DNA from: Trichosphaerium sp. ATCC 40318
Lineage: Eukaryota; Protista; Tubulinea
DNA length: 64,000 bases
Reading direction: 5' to 3'
NCBI GenBank assembly: GCA_038496445.1
Contig: JALMLS010000579.1
Location: 124,001 to 188,000, forward strand
Part shown: piece after piece, positions 36,614 to 49,633 of the stretch
Position numbering within the stretch: position 1 is the stretch's first letter
Layout of the letters: the number at the start of each line of letters is the position of its first letter
Notes under the pieces: model-generated
What the model saw: only the letters and a program-made list of their open reading frames with translations
Told to the model about the DNA's origin: nothing
The model's database searches: none
Program-made: the position numbers and the translations under genes

Positions 36614-38370
36614 CTACAGAGTATTTTTCCACTCTTCGTATTCTCTTTGTGGCGTCTTGAGCATTTCACTTGAACAAAAAAGTTACGGATTTTACTTCCA
36701 AATTGGGGACTTACGCGAAAGGTTTTACATTGCCTGTCCTGTTATGTGATTTAAAAGAGTTGTGATCCTCAAGTATAGCAAACGCAACATACTTAAATGA
36801 ATCTCCGTAGTAGTTTAATGCAGATTTAAATAGTTTAGCAATGTGATAAGGTGGATTCCCTGAAAGTCATTAATGACAAAAAACTAACAATCTCGATTTC
36901 ACTTTTTGATTTATACCAGAGTGGCACATGTAGTTTGTGAGTTTGTTTGTTATATTACGTACCATATGCACCACATCCAAAAGCTCCTAAAACAACACTA
37001 TCATGACCATTCCTTATGGCTATTTCAAGTATTGATTTGATTTTGTTAAGTACATCACGAGTAAGATTAGAAGATGATATTTTATCTTGCCCTGTAGTTG
37101 GGTCTACTTCTGTAGGTGGTTGTTTAAAAGCTGTATGGTACAGACATTAATATACATGCATTAAAACCCAGGCGATCTAAAAAACGTACCAGCAACTGCA
37201 ACAAATGACATTTCAAACGGTTTCACTAGAAATGGATACCCATCATGTTCCGCACCTCTTTGATAGGTATTAACATTAAGAAATATTGTCTAAGTACTCA
37301 CCTCAATACTGTGGCGTTAGGTACATATATACCACCAATATTAGGAAGAGGATAACTCCAAGATCGTTTATGATGACCATAAGGATCTTCCATACACTAA
37401 TTAATCAATCAAAAGAGAAACTTCTTGTTTAATAGCGTACATCGAAAAGGTTTGTACGTCTGAACATATTTTCCTCCTGAGCGCCAGCACCTAGAAGCGA
37501 TGCTTAATTCAACCTCTGCAATAGGGGTAGCAGAAACGAAAAAAATTGTTTCAAAAAAAGAGAGGTGCTCTCCTGTTTGTTCTTGTTACCTTTACGCCAT
37601 CCACCACCGGGATGAGACATAGATGCATTGATAAGACAGCAAGGATTAAATCCTACAAAACTAGATTAATGAAGGCAAAAGTTTGAACAACTTAAAAGAA
37701 CAATAGGAAATACTGTTGCTTACCTCTGTCAACAAGTGCAGCACAAACATCAAGGCAATCGCCTTGAATAACAGCAATAGGTGGCATATCAAAATTAGGC
37801 GGTTTTTTGTCTCTTATATTGACATTCCGAAGTAGTACTGTGCCTTTACCACTTGCCATCTGTCAAAAAAAAATGTCAATAATTTTCTGGTCTAGATAAA
37901 AATAACTGCACCATGCGCTTAGGAGATAGAGAAATGGTTTTTCCAGGTGCAATTGTATATTTCTTACGCAGTACAGCGTGTATGGTACCGATCTAAACGT
38001 AATCAACGCTTGTATAAGTTGGCTACGCGGTTTGCCGCCTGAAGGCTGTTGTTCGCTTTGTTCGTACCTGAACTAGTTTTCTCATTGCTCTTAGTTGCCT
38101 TGTAGATGATTTAGGACCGTTGTAATGTCAGAATACCGCACTTACTGAGGACTATTTTTATACTGTAGCCAGTAACGTTTAAACGTCTCTGAATCGAAGA
38201 TATACTTTACCGATTCATGCTGGAACTTCTCTGCAACGCAATTCTTAAATACATTCGCCGGAATCGGTTTAACTACAGTAACTTGGCTCGCTCTGCGTGC
38301 ATTAGCACTAAAATGACAATAAAGGTCGCGTACGCTTTAATACCAAACGGATAGCTAACAGCAGCGTTCC
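36614..38370 (-). CDS. Microbial-type poly(ADP-ribose) glycohydrolase (DUF2263/TIGR02452-like); 5' end unresolved
   Basis: IQGDCLDVC, LINASMSHPGGGWRKGAGAQEENMFRRTNL (macrodomain PARG GGG-x-QEE motif), GGIYVPNATVLRG, SFVAVAA, HDSVVLGAFGCGA, NPPYHIAKLF, VAFAILED. Confidence 0.88.
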
Positions 38371-38665
38371 CTGTTTTTTTTTAGACATCAGAACCGTCTA
38401 CTAAGTGCAAAACACAGATTTAATGAAAAACTCTGCTAATTTCTCAAGACTGCTTCAGTGAAGGGTGACACAACTACAATGCTTCTAGATCAACTGATTT
38501 GGACGATGTGTTTCTATGTTCTAATAACACAAGTGTGGGTTCTTGTTGTGGACTTGTCAGAAGACAGCCTAATTCGTTTGAAAGGAAGTTGCAGTCTTTT
38601 TTTTTTGTAAACCGTAATACTTATTTACATCCGATCTACAGAGCTTGTATTGACATCAGTTCCTC

Positions 38666-39343
38666 TCACTCATCTTTTTTCTCTTGGGTCTCTTCCTCTT
38701 TTTTGTCTTCTTCTTTTTTATCTGTCTCCTCTTTATTGTCATCTTTCACCTCTTCCGTGGATGTCGCACCCTTTTTTTCGAAATTAATTAATTTAGCTTC
38801 ACGTTTATTTTTAAAGAAAGTGCAATTTCTCGCTTTTAGCTTTTTTAAACCATCTGTGACGCTCAGAAAATATATTTAGCGTATATACGTACAGCTTCAA
38901 GGTCCTTAACTTTTTTTCTGAGTGTTGCGTTCTCTTCCTTGAGACGTTTGTTTTCACTCGTTAGTTTTTCGATATCTAGTGATACATTAGAATACAATTA
39001 ACTGGTTTTAAACCCGTTGAGTTGGTATTTTCTGATTTAACGCACCAACACCAACTAAACCGCCGAAATGTTGTTTAAGAAAACTACGGTGCGCGTTAGA
39101 GATTAAAACCAAGCGATAAAATTAATCTTACTCTTGAATGTCTTTTGGGCGTTCGTTGGAGGTGTACAAGTCACTGATAACTATAAATCAGTCAATATAG
39201 TCGCTTTGTCACCATTTACCTTTTGTGAGTGTATCAATTATGCCAGTAGTCTTCAAGTACGTCTTAAACTTGTCTTTGTCGGATAAATTAGACTATTCAG
39301 GGTTAAAAACAGCACGATTTACGTTTTTTATTACATGTTCCAT
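38666..39343 (-). CDS. c-Myc-binding protein (MYCBP/AMY-1)-like domain with acidic tail; possibly the 5' part of the PARG gene
   Basis: DKDKFKTYLKTTGIIDTLTKVISDLY..ERPKDIQEFLKQHFG..IEKLTSENKRLKEENATLRKKVKDLE follows the MYCBP pattern (FRRYLEKSGVLDTLTKVLVALYE..KP..ALDFLKHHLG plus coiled coil). Confidence 0.7.
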
Positions 39344-39674
39344 TAGGTTGGGTTTGTACGTAATGTTACTAACAGCAGACACAAAATTATGACGTGGGAG
39401 TCATTTTTATTGAAGTGTCTTGACTGTGCAAGTATTCAATTCACTAAAAAAAACTGTAATCTTGTTGTAAGCAGCACGTCACGTGGAGAATAATAGTCAA
39501 ACTTGGGGTTGGCTGTAATTTATATCTGAGGCATTAAGTGCTAATGAACCAGTATTTACTTACCTGTTTCTCGCATGTGAAAAGAATTAGTTTCCTTATT
39601 ATTACTTGTTAAAAAAACTGAGGTCTTGTTTTAGCTCGCATAATTGCTTGGATATAAAGTTTATTTTAAGGGCT

Positions 39675-39725
39675 TCATAACGCCGCACGACGAACCAAAG
39701 AAGAACGGTTCGCCGGTGATTGTCA
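39675..39725 (-). promoter_or_regulatory. Candidate stop-codon readthrough element of PGK (TGA-CAATCA, stem-loop, 15-codon extension)
   Basis: mRNA sense: GCA TGA CAA TCA CCG GCG AAC CGT TCT TCT TTG GTT CGT CGT GCG GCG TTA TGA. 9-bp stem CGGCGAACC/GGTTCGTCG (one G-U pair), arms at 39707-39715 and 39688-39696. Confidence 0.55.
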
Positions 39726-41558
39726 TGCGTCAGTGAGAGCATATAAACCAGGTAATTGTTTTCCTGCAAAAAAAAGAGTTAACACTTTTATGTTTAAATA
39801 GCTTGGAAAGTACCTTCGAGTAATTCCAAAGAAGCACCACCTCCAGTAGAAACATGGGTGACTTGCTTATCAAAACCAAATTGGGCAGCACATGTGGCGG
39901 TATCTCCACCACCAATGATAGACTTGGTGCCGTTTTTGGTGGCATCTACGAGTGATTGAAGGGCACCTTTGGTACCATTGGCGAATTTTTCAAATTCAAA
40001 AACGCCCATAGGACTGCAAACAAAGTTAGTGTTGGTAAAGGAAATAATCAATTATAAGTTAGCTTACCCATTCCATACAACTGTCTTTGCTCTGTTGATT
40101 ACAGTGTTCATCTCAGCGATAGTTGCTGCACCACAATCAAGACCCATCCAACCGTCTGGGATACCTTCTTTGATAGTGACTTGTTTTGTCTAAAAGATGT
40201 GAGGAGTAGTTCGTTGTAAATTACAACAAGAAAATTTATCGTACGTTTGCATTTTTGTCAAATTTATCAGCAATGATGAAATCAATAGGGAAATGCAATT
40301 TGACACCTTTAGCCTTTGCTTTATCGACGATACTTTGTACAATAGCAGCACCTTCATCATCAAATAGAGAAGTACCAATTGCCATGCCGTTTACTACTTT
40401 GAGGAAAGTGTAACTGAAGGAAGTCTAAGAAAAGAACAACAAAAAGAAAGAAGCTGAACCGTTACGTACGCCATACCGCCACCGATGATCATTTCGTCGA
40501 CTCTGTCGAGTAGAGCTGTGATAACCTTGATCTTATCTCTTACTTTAGCACTGAAAGAAGTTAATCAAGAGCAACCCAAGTCATCGTAAATTATTGTTCG
40601 TTTTTTTTGATCTAAAAAATGTACCCTCCAAGGATTGCCAAGAAAGGTTTCTCTGGGGCTTCAAGAGAGTTGTTCAAGTAGTCGATTTCTTTCTTAAGGA
40701 GGAATCCTGATACTTTTTGAGGCAAGTTGACACCAACCATAGAGCTTGAGAAGTGTAAGAACGCAAATAAACGCAAGAACAAATAAAATATTGAAAAAAA
40801 AACGAAAAAAAAAATTATCAACCGTTTTTTTTTGTTTTGTTTTTTATCGTACCTGTGAGCTCTGTGGGCAGTACCGAAAGCGTCACATACGTAAACATCA
40901 CCGAGAGAGCTCAAACGAGCACGGAACTCAGTTACCTTAGCTGGATCTGCCTTTACAGCAGCACCAGAGGCGTCTTTTCCTTTTCCTTCTTCTTCAACGT
41001 GGAAGCGAAGATTTTCAAGCAAGACAACTTGGCCTGGTTTAAGGGCTTTGCACACAGTAACAGCTTCATCGCTGACACAGTCGTTTACAAAGATGACAGA
41101 CCTAATTTTAAACAGTTAGATACAGTTTGAGACATAGAGAAGTGCTCGTACACGCCAAGGAGCTCCTCTAGCTTCTTTGCTACTGGTTTAAGAGATAGTG
41201 ACTCTTTGACTTGACCAGCTGGACGGCCGAGGTGGCTCATTAGTATACAGCTACCACCTGTAATGCATTAGTACTCGAGTACAGCGGAGATTTGTCAAAC
41301 CTTGTGCGAGGACATGCTTAATTGTAGGGAGCGCGGCAGTAATACGAAGTGTATCTGTGATTGTAGTTCCATCAAGAGGCACATTAAAATCTACTCTGTA
41401 ACAATAGTAAATACGACGTTGTTGATGAAAAACAGTTAAAAAACCGCCAGTGCACTATTTTACGGGTAGTTGGTTGAAAATCTCTATTGTACGTACCTAA
41501 TAAGAGCGCGTTTGCCTTTGAGGTCAACCTTGTCAATACTAAGTTTGTTGAGTGCCAT
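39723..41558 (-). CDS. PGK: Phosphoglycerate kinase
   Basis: [111 protein letters not shown]. Confidence 0.98.
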
Positions 41559-41663
41559 TGCTTACAGTTAGTAGTGTCTCACGAAGAAAAACTTAATCGA
41601 TGAAAAGCGAAGCTTAAAACTTTTCCATTTTGACGCTGCAACCAACGCTGAAACCATTTACAA

Positions 41664-44600
41664 ATGTCCAAGACTCTCATTATGCCCTTAGGTGCAGATT
41701 CTCCTTTAATAGAACGTGTGTAAGTTCAAACAGAAATTTGTCAATTAATGGTTGTAGGCATTGTTCTGGAAACTATATCATGGGCAGGTGCGGATGGTGG
41801 TATGGATATAATAGGCAGCACAATTACTACAAACTGGGCAAAAAGATTAAAAAGAGCTGTATTAAGCTCAGCACGCATGCGTGTTGGTAACAACGTTGTA
41901 ATTTGGGTATTACACAAACAAAAAGTTGAACTAGTTAACGGTTCCTTCTAGGAGCTCAATCTGGGTAATGGAATATCTACAGAGAAGAAATACCGCTCAT
42001 TACTACGAGTACGTACACTTAGAGGAGAGAAACCGTTCGGTTTAACGTTATTTGAATAGTTCGCATGTGGACGTTATAAGATGATCTATGTTATCAATAA
42101 CTGCGCACAAACAAGAAAATATGGGTCTGGGTTCTTAAATTGTCTTGCAGAGAACACTACGACGCCAATACGATGGTTAAATGTTACTCATATACCCAAC
42201 CTATTACCTAAAGCACCTGGGAAGGATATTACTACAGCTAGAGTCATTAATTATACTTCTACGCGTTGGAATCTTCTTACAGACTTGAGACCATTTTCAA
42301 GCTTCTGTAAGGAGGTGACACTTCTTGACACATTCTTTGAAGCAGGATTACTTGTAAAAGGGTTAATGCAAGCATTATGGGAAGATACGACACTAAAGTC
42401 AGGCTATGGCGCAAAGTTTAGACATTTGGTGCCTTTTGATAGTCTCATGAAGTTCCTAGCGACAGATCTAACACAGCTCAAGGAGTACGTCATTCCCACA
42501 TCGAAAAAGCCTATTTTTATTTTTATTTGCTCGTCTTGAATGAAGTTTTGAGCGCGAATTTCAATAACACTTCAAGGAGTTAAGCACGTGTGTAGCAAAC
42601 TTCACGAACTTGTGTGCAACGCAGATATTTTTGCTTGAGAAATCACGTGTTTCTTATTTTTTTTTGGTTCACTTACAACTTATCACGTGTTTAGGTATTT
42701 AAGCAAGAATGAACCGGACTTTAATTCTTTTTGTATGAAAGAGAAACAAACTGTTTTACCTATTCATGTTGCTGCGGCATTTGGAAGTATTGATGTGTTA
42801 AAGTATCTAGTAGAAGAGAAAAAAGTAGATGTTAACGCTACAACAAAAGTATCAGGGTTAACTGCTTTGGACTATGCTCTATTATTTGCAAAACTTGACC
42901 ATGCAAAGTTTTTGATTGATTGTACAAATTTGGAACAAGATGACGATAAATCTCGTTGTGTTGCAGTTGCTCTTGGGAATATAGATAGAAGCTATGATAT
43001 ACTAAGTCTTGTGGTAGAAAAAGTTGGTGGATGGGATGTTTTGGCCTCTTTGAACTTCAAAGGAGCTACAGCTTTAGATATTTTAACAAGAAACATTGTT
43101 TCAGCACCAGAACAACCTGTTGATGAGAATGACATGTTTCTTCGTGTTCTAGATATTTGTAAGAGTATAAGCGTAAAACCTAAGAATATACTTCAACTAC
43201 TCGAGATACTCCAGCAGTACAAAAGGACAGACCCAGAGTGCGTTTCCTTTTTTTCTTAAAATATTCCTTAATTCTTACTTTGTTCCAGGATTGCATCAAA
43301 GATCTGCGCTATGGTGTTTGAGTTACTTTCTCGTATGGGTAAGAGTAACCCTAGTAGTATAATAGAGATCATAGAGCCTAAGGGGGTTTCTATTGTACAT
43401 ACGCTTTGTGCTACCGAGTATACATACCTTCTAGAAAAAGCAATTGAGTTTGTTGATGATCTTGATATTCGCACAACAAAGATTAGTCGTTATCAGCAGG
43501 GTAAGACTCCATTATATATAGCCGTGCACGAGAGAAGGAAAAAGTCAGTTGAGCTATTATTAAAACGAGGAGCAAAGATCGACACGGCAGATGAGAATCA
43601 AGGTAAACTTAATTCGCTTTAATCTTTTTTCACTTTGAAAAGAATTACTTTCTTTGGTCTCCCTGATCAAGGTTTTATTGCAGTTTGTTGACACTATCGA
43701 ACTATAATTTTTTTGAAGTGTGTCACAATGCTAATTTTTGTGGATAGACGCGCCTTCTCTTTTACACTTGGCAGCACACTTTGACAATAAAGCTATTGCA
43801 CAGTTACTTTTGGATTATGGCGCTGATATTAACGTTGGATTACAAACTACAAGACCAGCAACACCTCTTTCTGTGGCTACTCAAAACAAATCATTAGATA
43901 CTGCAATGTTCCTAATAGAGCGATCAGCAAAAGTAGAAACTTTGGACTTTCAGGTTTGTTTTCTTTCTTTTTTCTTAACATGTACATTCATTGAGTACTT
44001 ACTTGTGTGGTCATAGGGTAATACACCTTTAGTCTATGCTGCAACACACGGGTTTACCGATCTATGCGCTACACTTATAGAAAAGGGAGCAAACGTTAAC
44101 GCAAAGTCACACCAAGTAAGTCTTCTGTTGTTACTAGCTAGGTTTTTAGAACTTTTTTTTTGAAATGAAAGAGTAAAACTTTGTCGTGTTTTGTGCACCG
44201 ATATTATTAATAGTCCAATTTTAAGGCCTCACAAAGCACGGCATCTGCCTTGCACAGTGTTTATAATTGTTGTTTATTTTAATTCTAGGGTTATACACTT
44301 CTTACTATAGCTGTTCTTGGTAGGAATCTTCCTCTGGTAGAACTACTTATAGAAAAGAAGGTTGATATAAATGACCAGAATAAGGACAACAAGGATACAG
44401 CATTACATGCAGGTTGCTCAAAGAGTACTTGTGCTATTGTTGAGATTCTTATTAAGAACGGAGCAGATGTTAATATCCCTGATAGTAAGGGTGTTCGTCC
44501 TCTCATGTTAGCTCTTTTAAGAGAAAGAAGAGATGTTGTTAAAGCAATAATGGCATTATGTAAGGATAAACTTGACTATTCAGCAACAGATGAAAAGAAA

Positions 44601-44672
44601 AGGTCTATGGATGATTTTGCTGATATTGGAAATCTAACAGATTTATTTGCAAAACTAAAACCCCCACAATAA
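41664..44672 (+). CDS. Ankyrin-repeat protein with unrecognised N-terminal region; multi-exon
   Basis: LPIHVAAAFGSIDVLKYLVE, GLTALDYA, GKTPLYIAV..ELLLKRGAKID, SLLHLAAHFDNKAIAQLLLDYGADIN, GNTPLVYAATHG, DTALHAG. The 5' exon frames are uncertain. Confidence 0.85.
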
Positions 44673-44887
44673 AGGAAAAGCGATATTTGTTAACTTTCTC
44701 ATTTTATTCTAAACAAGATGAGCGCAAAAATTTGTGGGAAAAAAGTCCTGTCATGAATCAATATGTCATACCACCAAATGCTAAAAGTAGCGAAAAATGA
44801 AAGCTGGATTTCACAAAGTAAACTGTCCGCGTGAGGTATTATTGCGCATAACGTTACTGTTGTAATACATTGGTGGTTGAGTAAGCG

Positions 44888-47722
44888 CTATAAATTCTTT
44901 TGAAATGTAGCAGCCATAAATGTTACACTATCAGCCCATATTTTTAGTGCTTCCCTTTTAGTTATATTCTTTGGTGTAATGAAAGGTGTTTTAGAAAAAA
45001 CACTCCACATAGTTTCAGCTGAACGAATCCACCTTAATATTATAAATATACATCCAAGGCGTTCTAATACTTACCTATGAAGTTGCACAGCAGAAGAGGT
45101 AGATCCTGTAGCACAAAACAATTTATAAATAAAATCCCTTTAAAAAAAAAAATCCATTAGTCAATAGCACGTGTTAAGTAGCGTAAATACCTTGATGATT
45201 CTGTTATACTCTTTTTCCAGAGTACATCTAGTATTATACCACAACAAAGCTTCATGATTGTTATCATGAATGGTATAACTTCACGCAATTGTAAGAAATT
45301 TATTCGATGTCTTTTAAAAGCTGTTCTTTCAACAAACATCTTTTTCAATCTCCAATACTCAGTTCTCATCTACGGCGCGTTAATCCTCACAAAAATGCTC
45401 AAAACAGTCAAGACCGTACTAATTCTAGTGATGCAGTTAGATGCTCTATAATACCTACACACATGTTCGCTGTGACAGCATGTACATCCGTTACTAAGGC
45501 TTCAATATGAAATGATGGATACTCAACAAGCCTTGCAGGTCCCGGTGAAGAACCGAATAAAGAGGGGTACCCATATCCCTCTAGATGCTTATATACAATA
45601 TCTGAAGTAGAAACAATGTATTTATGATACTCATCACCTTCTTGGAAACATCCTTGCTCGTATTTTCGACTTTGCTTTTTAGATTTCTTTGATTTGGTAT
45701 CTGTGTCTTTTTTGTTGTTGTCATTTTCCTTCTTTGGTACTTCCTTTTGTTTTATCTCTTTCCTTGAGTCTTGTACAATGTCAAAAAATCCGTGCCTAGT
45801 TAACTTGTTAGAAGGGTACATACTCACAAGGTCAGCTAGTACCATAGTTTAGAAAATTTGAATACTTGTTTAAAAGATAAAAACAGCACGTGGCAGTATG
45901 TCCTATAATTTTGAAGATACAGTAAGCATTTTTTTAATCCTTCATGTCTTTCCACTATTAAAACCATTATTAAACAGTTAAAAGCGTTTAATGAGGAATA
46001 CCAGTAGCACCAGGAAGATCACGTGCGCATAAACCCAACACAATGGCAAGGTAGTATTCAATTCTTTTCTTTGTCAATGTATCAGGCTTCAAACTACCAT
46101 GTGCAAGCAAATCTCGTATTCTAGATAAGGTTGGCATATTACAAACTGCAGTATTATATTATCTAACTCTAGCGTACCGTATATAAGACCAATAGAACCA
46201 ATCTAATAAGGCGTGCATATAAGACGGCTCAAGAGTTTTATACAACTTATTTTCTTCATCAGGTAGCAACAATATGTCGAGGGTTGTGTAAAGCGAAGTC
46301 GTCTCTATGTCAATTAAATGGATTGTACATAAAAGGTACTGCAGTATTTGTGAGCTACCTGCTGTAAATCGTCTTTCAGGACAACCATTGGCCTGTACGT
46401 AGAGTCCACGAATACCTTGAGCACATTTATAACAAAAGTTAACCATGATTTGCTTACTGTGCTCCATGAGAGGCTGCATAAGGACAGCCGCTTGATAGTA
46501 TGCGCCTTTATTGTAATACGAAAATACTGTCTCCCAAAGATTCCTCATGGATTGGACAATAAAAGGACAAGTAAGAGCAGTGCTCACATCTTCAGAACTC
46601 CTTCGTTTTGTCAGATTTTGGGATTATACTCTAACTGCACCATTTGACTTGAAACTCCCCAGTTATTTCCAGTGCTTCATCAAACTTACTGATATCCCAC
46701 AAACCTTTCCTTTGTTTTCCAGATAAACATGTAACAACATATTCAGAAATACTGAATAGGATCAGAACGAGAAGTGATGCCTAACATATCACATTAAAAA
46801 TCAAGTAAAAAAAAAAAAGAGTACATAGGAAGGGTGAAACTCGTCTTTTGTCATAAAGCCATGCCACGTTAAATTTCTTATGTTTATACCAGACAGAGGA
46901 CCCATCAATGCTCTTAACAAAAATACCTTGAAACAGTCAGGAAAAAATGAAAAAAGTGAGAAAAGAAGGTCACCTTGTCTTCTCCTAATATTTGTATTAT
47001 ACGTCCATGTTTAAGAATATCAGTTAACTTCTTGACAGATGACACTTTGGCATTTTTCTTCTTTGGAGGCTTTTGGAATGCAGCAATGCAATCGAAAAGG
47101 GCCTAAACAATATGTCAGCAAGTACTACAAACGTTCAAGGAGTAACTGAGGTCGAAGGCAAGTGGACAAATTATTCTTTTTAACCACCTCGCTTACAGCA
47201 ACCGCTTACCTCTTCTATCCAAGTCACAGTAATTAAAGCCGCTGTTAAGTGATTTGAATCCCTCATTTCTTCGTATATTGTTTTAGCTACCTTTCTACGT
47301 CAGAATTCAACGTTTGTAGTGGTGTTGTGGCGTACAGATACCTCTTGAAGAATGCCAAAGTAAGAACTGTATGTATTGTGGAATTTATCGTAGGAATCAA
47401 TAGAGCGCATGAGTTCATGTGCTGTGATTGCTACATTGTGTAATTTAGGCGCTGCTGCTTCGTATTCTTCTGCTTCAGTCGTATACGCCTTGGAACCTAT
47501 TTCTACGTTACAATGACACTAAAAAATGACGTGCGGTACCTATTAGGTTCGATTTAGACAAATATTGCCAGTTCAACAGGTTTTCATCCGTTAACGCCTA
47601 ACCGCTTGTTTATATGTAAAAAATAGCGTACACGCAACCTCAGCTGATATTTTCGTAACATTTGGATCAATAATCACGCGTTTTAATACTACAGGCGATA
47701 GGAACGAAGCCTGATTGCTCAT
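44888..47722 (-). CDS. ERMARD/C6orf70-like (DUF4209) protein
   Basis: [74 protein letters not shown]; these motifs recall ERMARD. Confidence 0.8.
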
Positions 47723-47960
47723 GCCGCGTGACAAGCTCAATTGAACAAGTATTAACACCATTGACTTAACTTTCAGAATTTAGAATAAAAAAAGCCTCGC
47801 TTGGCATTGCATGAACAACAAGCCAGCGTGGTATCCGTGGCAAGTACACTGCTCAAGGCAAGCGTAAGGGTTTATTTGAACTAACATTGAGTGTCTTCTA
47901 AATCACGTGGTCTTATCGGCATGATTACTTAACTTTCTATAAAAAAGTGCAGGTTTGAAT

Positions 47961-49512
47961 TCATTCTTTTTTAGTAAACATTGAGGCTATCCCGAAGTGA
48001 TCTGATGGCCATACAGCATCACGTCCTATTCCACAATTCAGAGGCTCCTTACCTAAGATTGTCATTGTTTTAGGTATCCAAGTTTCCGACTTTATCAAGA
48101 CACGATCAAATCTGACTTTCTTCTTTTTTCTTTTGAATTGAAACCTCATTGCATTGATGTCTGTATCTTCAGTATAACCTGTATCATGTGGATAAAGTGT
48201 TACCCAATTATCAATGAAATCTTTTTCTATAAACGTGTTTTCAGGCCATGCTTTCGTGCAACAGAAGTTGAAGTCTCCCATTAATAAAACATCACCTCCG
48301 ATACTCCTTAGTGTCTTTTGACAAAGTTGAAGCTTAATAAAAGTGTTAGATATAGATTAAATAATGATTGTTTTTGATGGTTGTCATAAAGTACCTGCAA
48401 ACGCCTCATTTCGGTGTTTGGTTTGACACTTTCCATGTGTATTGTACCAACAGATAACGTTTTCTCACCGCCGAAAGTAGCTACTAGAAGGCTTCTTTGT
48501 TGCCTTGTAGGCATATATGTGCGTGTAAAGTTGACTATAGATCGTTAGAAATATGATTATTGTTTTATGATTGATGTACTTGGTTGATGTTTGAACAACA
48601 TCATTACACCATATGAACCCAAGTCTGTTCCATTACTCTTTGTTGACACCCAGTAATCTTAAGTAAAGTTAATGAAAGAGTACTCAATAACAAACACGTG
48701 CCTTGTCTGACCCATTCTTGCTTGCAGATCAATTCAGCGAAATATTTTGTAACTTCCTCTAAAAACATATTACTATGAATTTCATTGCTTGACGTCAAAA
48801 GTCGCTTACGATAGCAAATCACATCAGGGCTTTCACTCTTTGTGATATCAAATATAGCATTGTATCGTTCTTCTGCATAATACCTGTCAAACCATACATT
48901 GTACGATACACACTTAAGAGTGTTTCCAACAGTACTTTTTCCGTCAGCCTATATTTTTGAAATTAGGAAAAAAGTGAGTATCTTTACAATATCACGTGCT
49001 ACTGTATTGCTCTCTTGCCATTTACCATCCTTGTATTTATATATTGGAGCTTTTTTAGTCTTTGGGATGACTTCAGTTCCAGAGAAATCAGCAGCACTGC
49101 AAGGAAAATCAGAGGAAGAAAACGCTTTGAACGTTCAAAAAAAAAGTGTACCTTCTGGCATTTAGAGATGAATAAACAGCTCCAAGATCTTTATGAGATG
49201 AAGCAAACTCCTTTATTGACTTGTAGCTCTTTTTCTTATGAACGAAAGAATCTCTGAAGCATTTTTATTGTTTGAACGATGAATTGGACTGAAAATAGCG
49301 TAAAACGCCTGTAAAAGATTCACGTACGCGTCTTGATCATATTTCAAGATAATCTGTTGTTGTTGATTCTTGGCCGTTGTATAAAAGATAGTAAACTTGT
49401 TTTTGTCATTAACATCTTGATTTATAGCGTAATATTTAGGTGAGCTATTTGCCAGTAGTTTTTTGACTTTATCATCGCTTGTACAGAAGAAATACGGACA
49501 AGAATGCGCCAT
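47961..49512 (-). CDS. TDP2-like endonuclease/exonuclease/phosphatase with N-terminal SH2-like region
   Basis: VSYNVWF, PDVICYQEVT, RSLLVA, GTIHMES, MGDFNF, GYTEDTDINAMR, RFDRVL, WPSDHFGI. Confidence 0.85.
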
Positions 49513-49633
49513 TTGTGGGTTGTTAGCCGAAACTGTAGCTACTTTTGCCAAGGAACTTAACACATAACGATTAAGCCGCGAAATTATTTGTTGTACGCTG
49601 GAACATGTGTCAAATAATTTTTGTTGAGGTAGT

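Noticed and set aside
38780-38892. Apparent non-canonical intron bounded by repeated GAAGCT in the MYCBP-like gene
   Set aside because: A canonical in-frame acceptor (AAAAAAAG|GGT) lies just downstream.
39675-39725. Selenocysteine insertion at the PGK TGA
   Set aside because: The hairpin lacks SECIS features (AUGA/GA quartet, apical AA), and PGK is complete at this codon.
47794-47870. GC-richer imperfect hairpin (CGCTTG...CAAGCG) between ERMARD-like and EEP genes as a possible snoRNA or SECIS
   Set aside because: Pairing is weak, with no convincing H/ACA, C/D or SECIS motifs.
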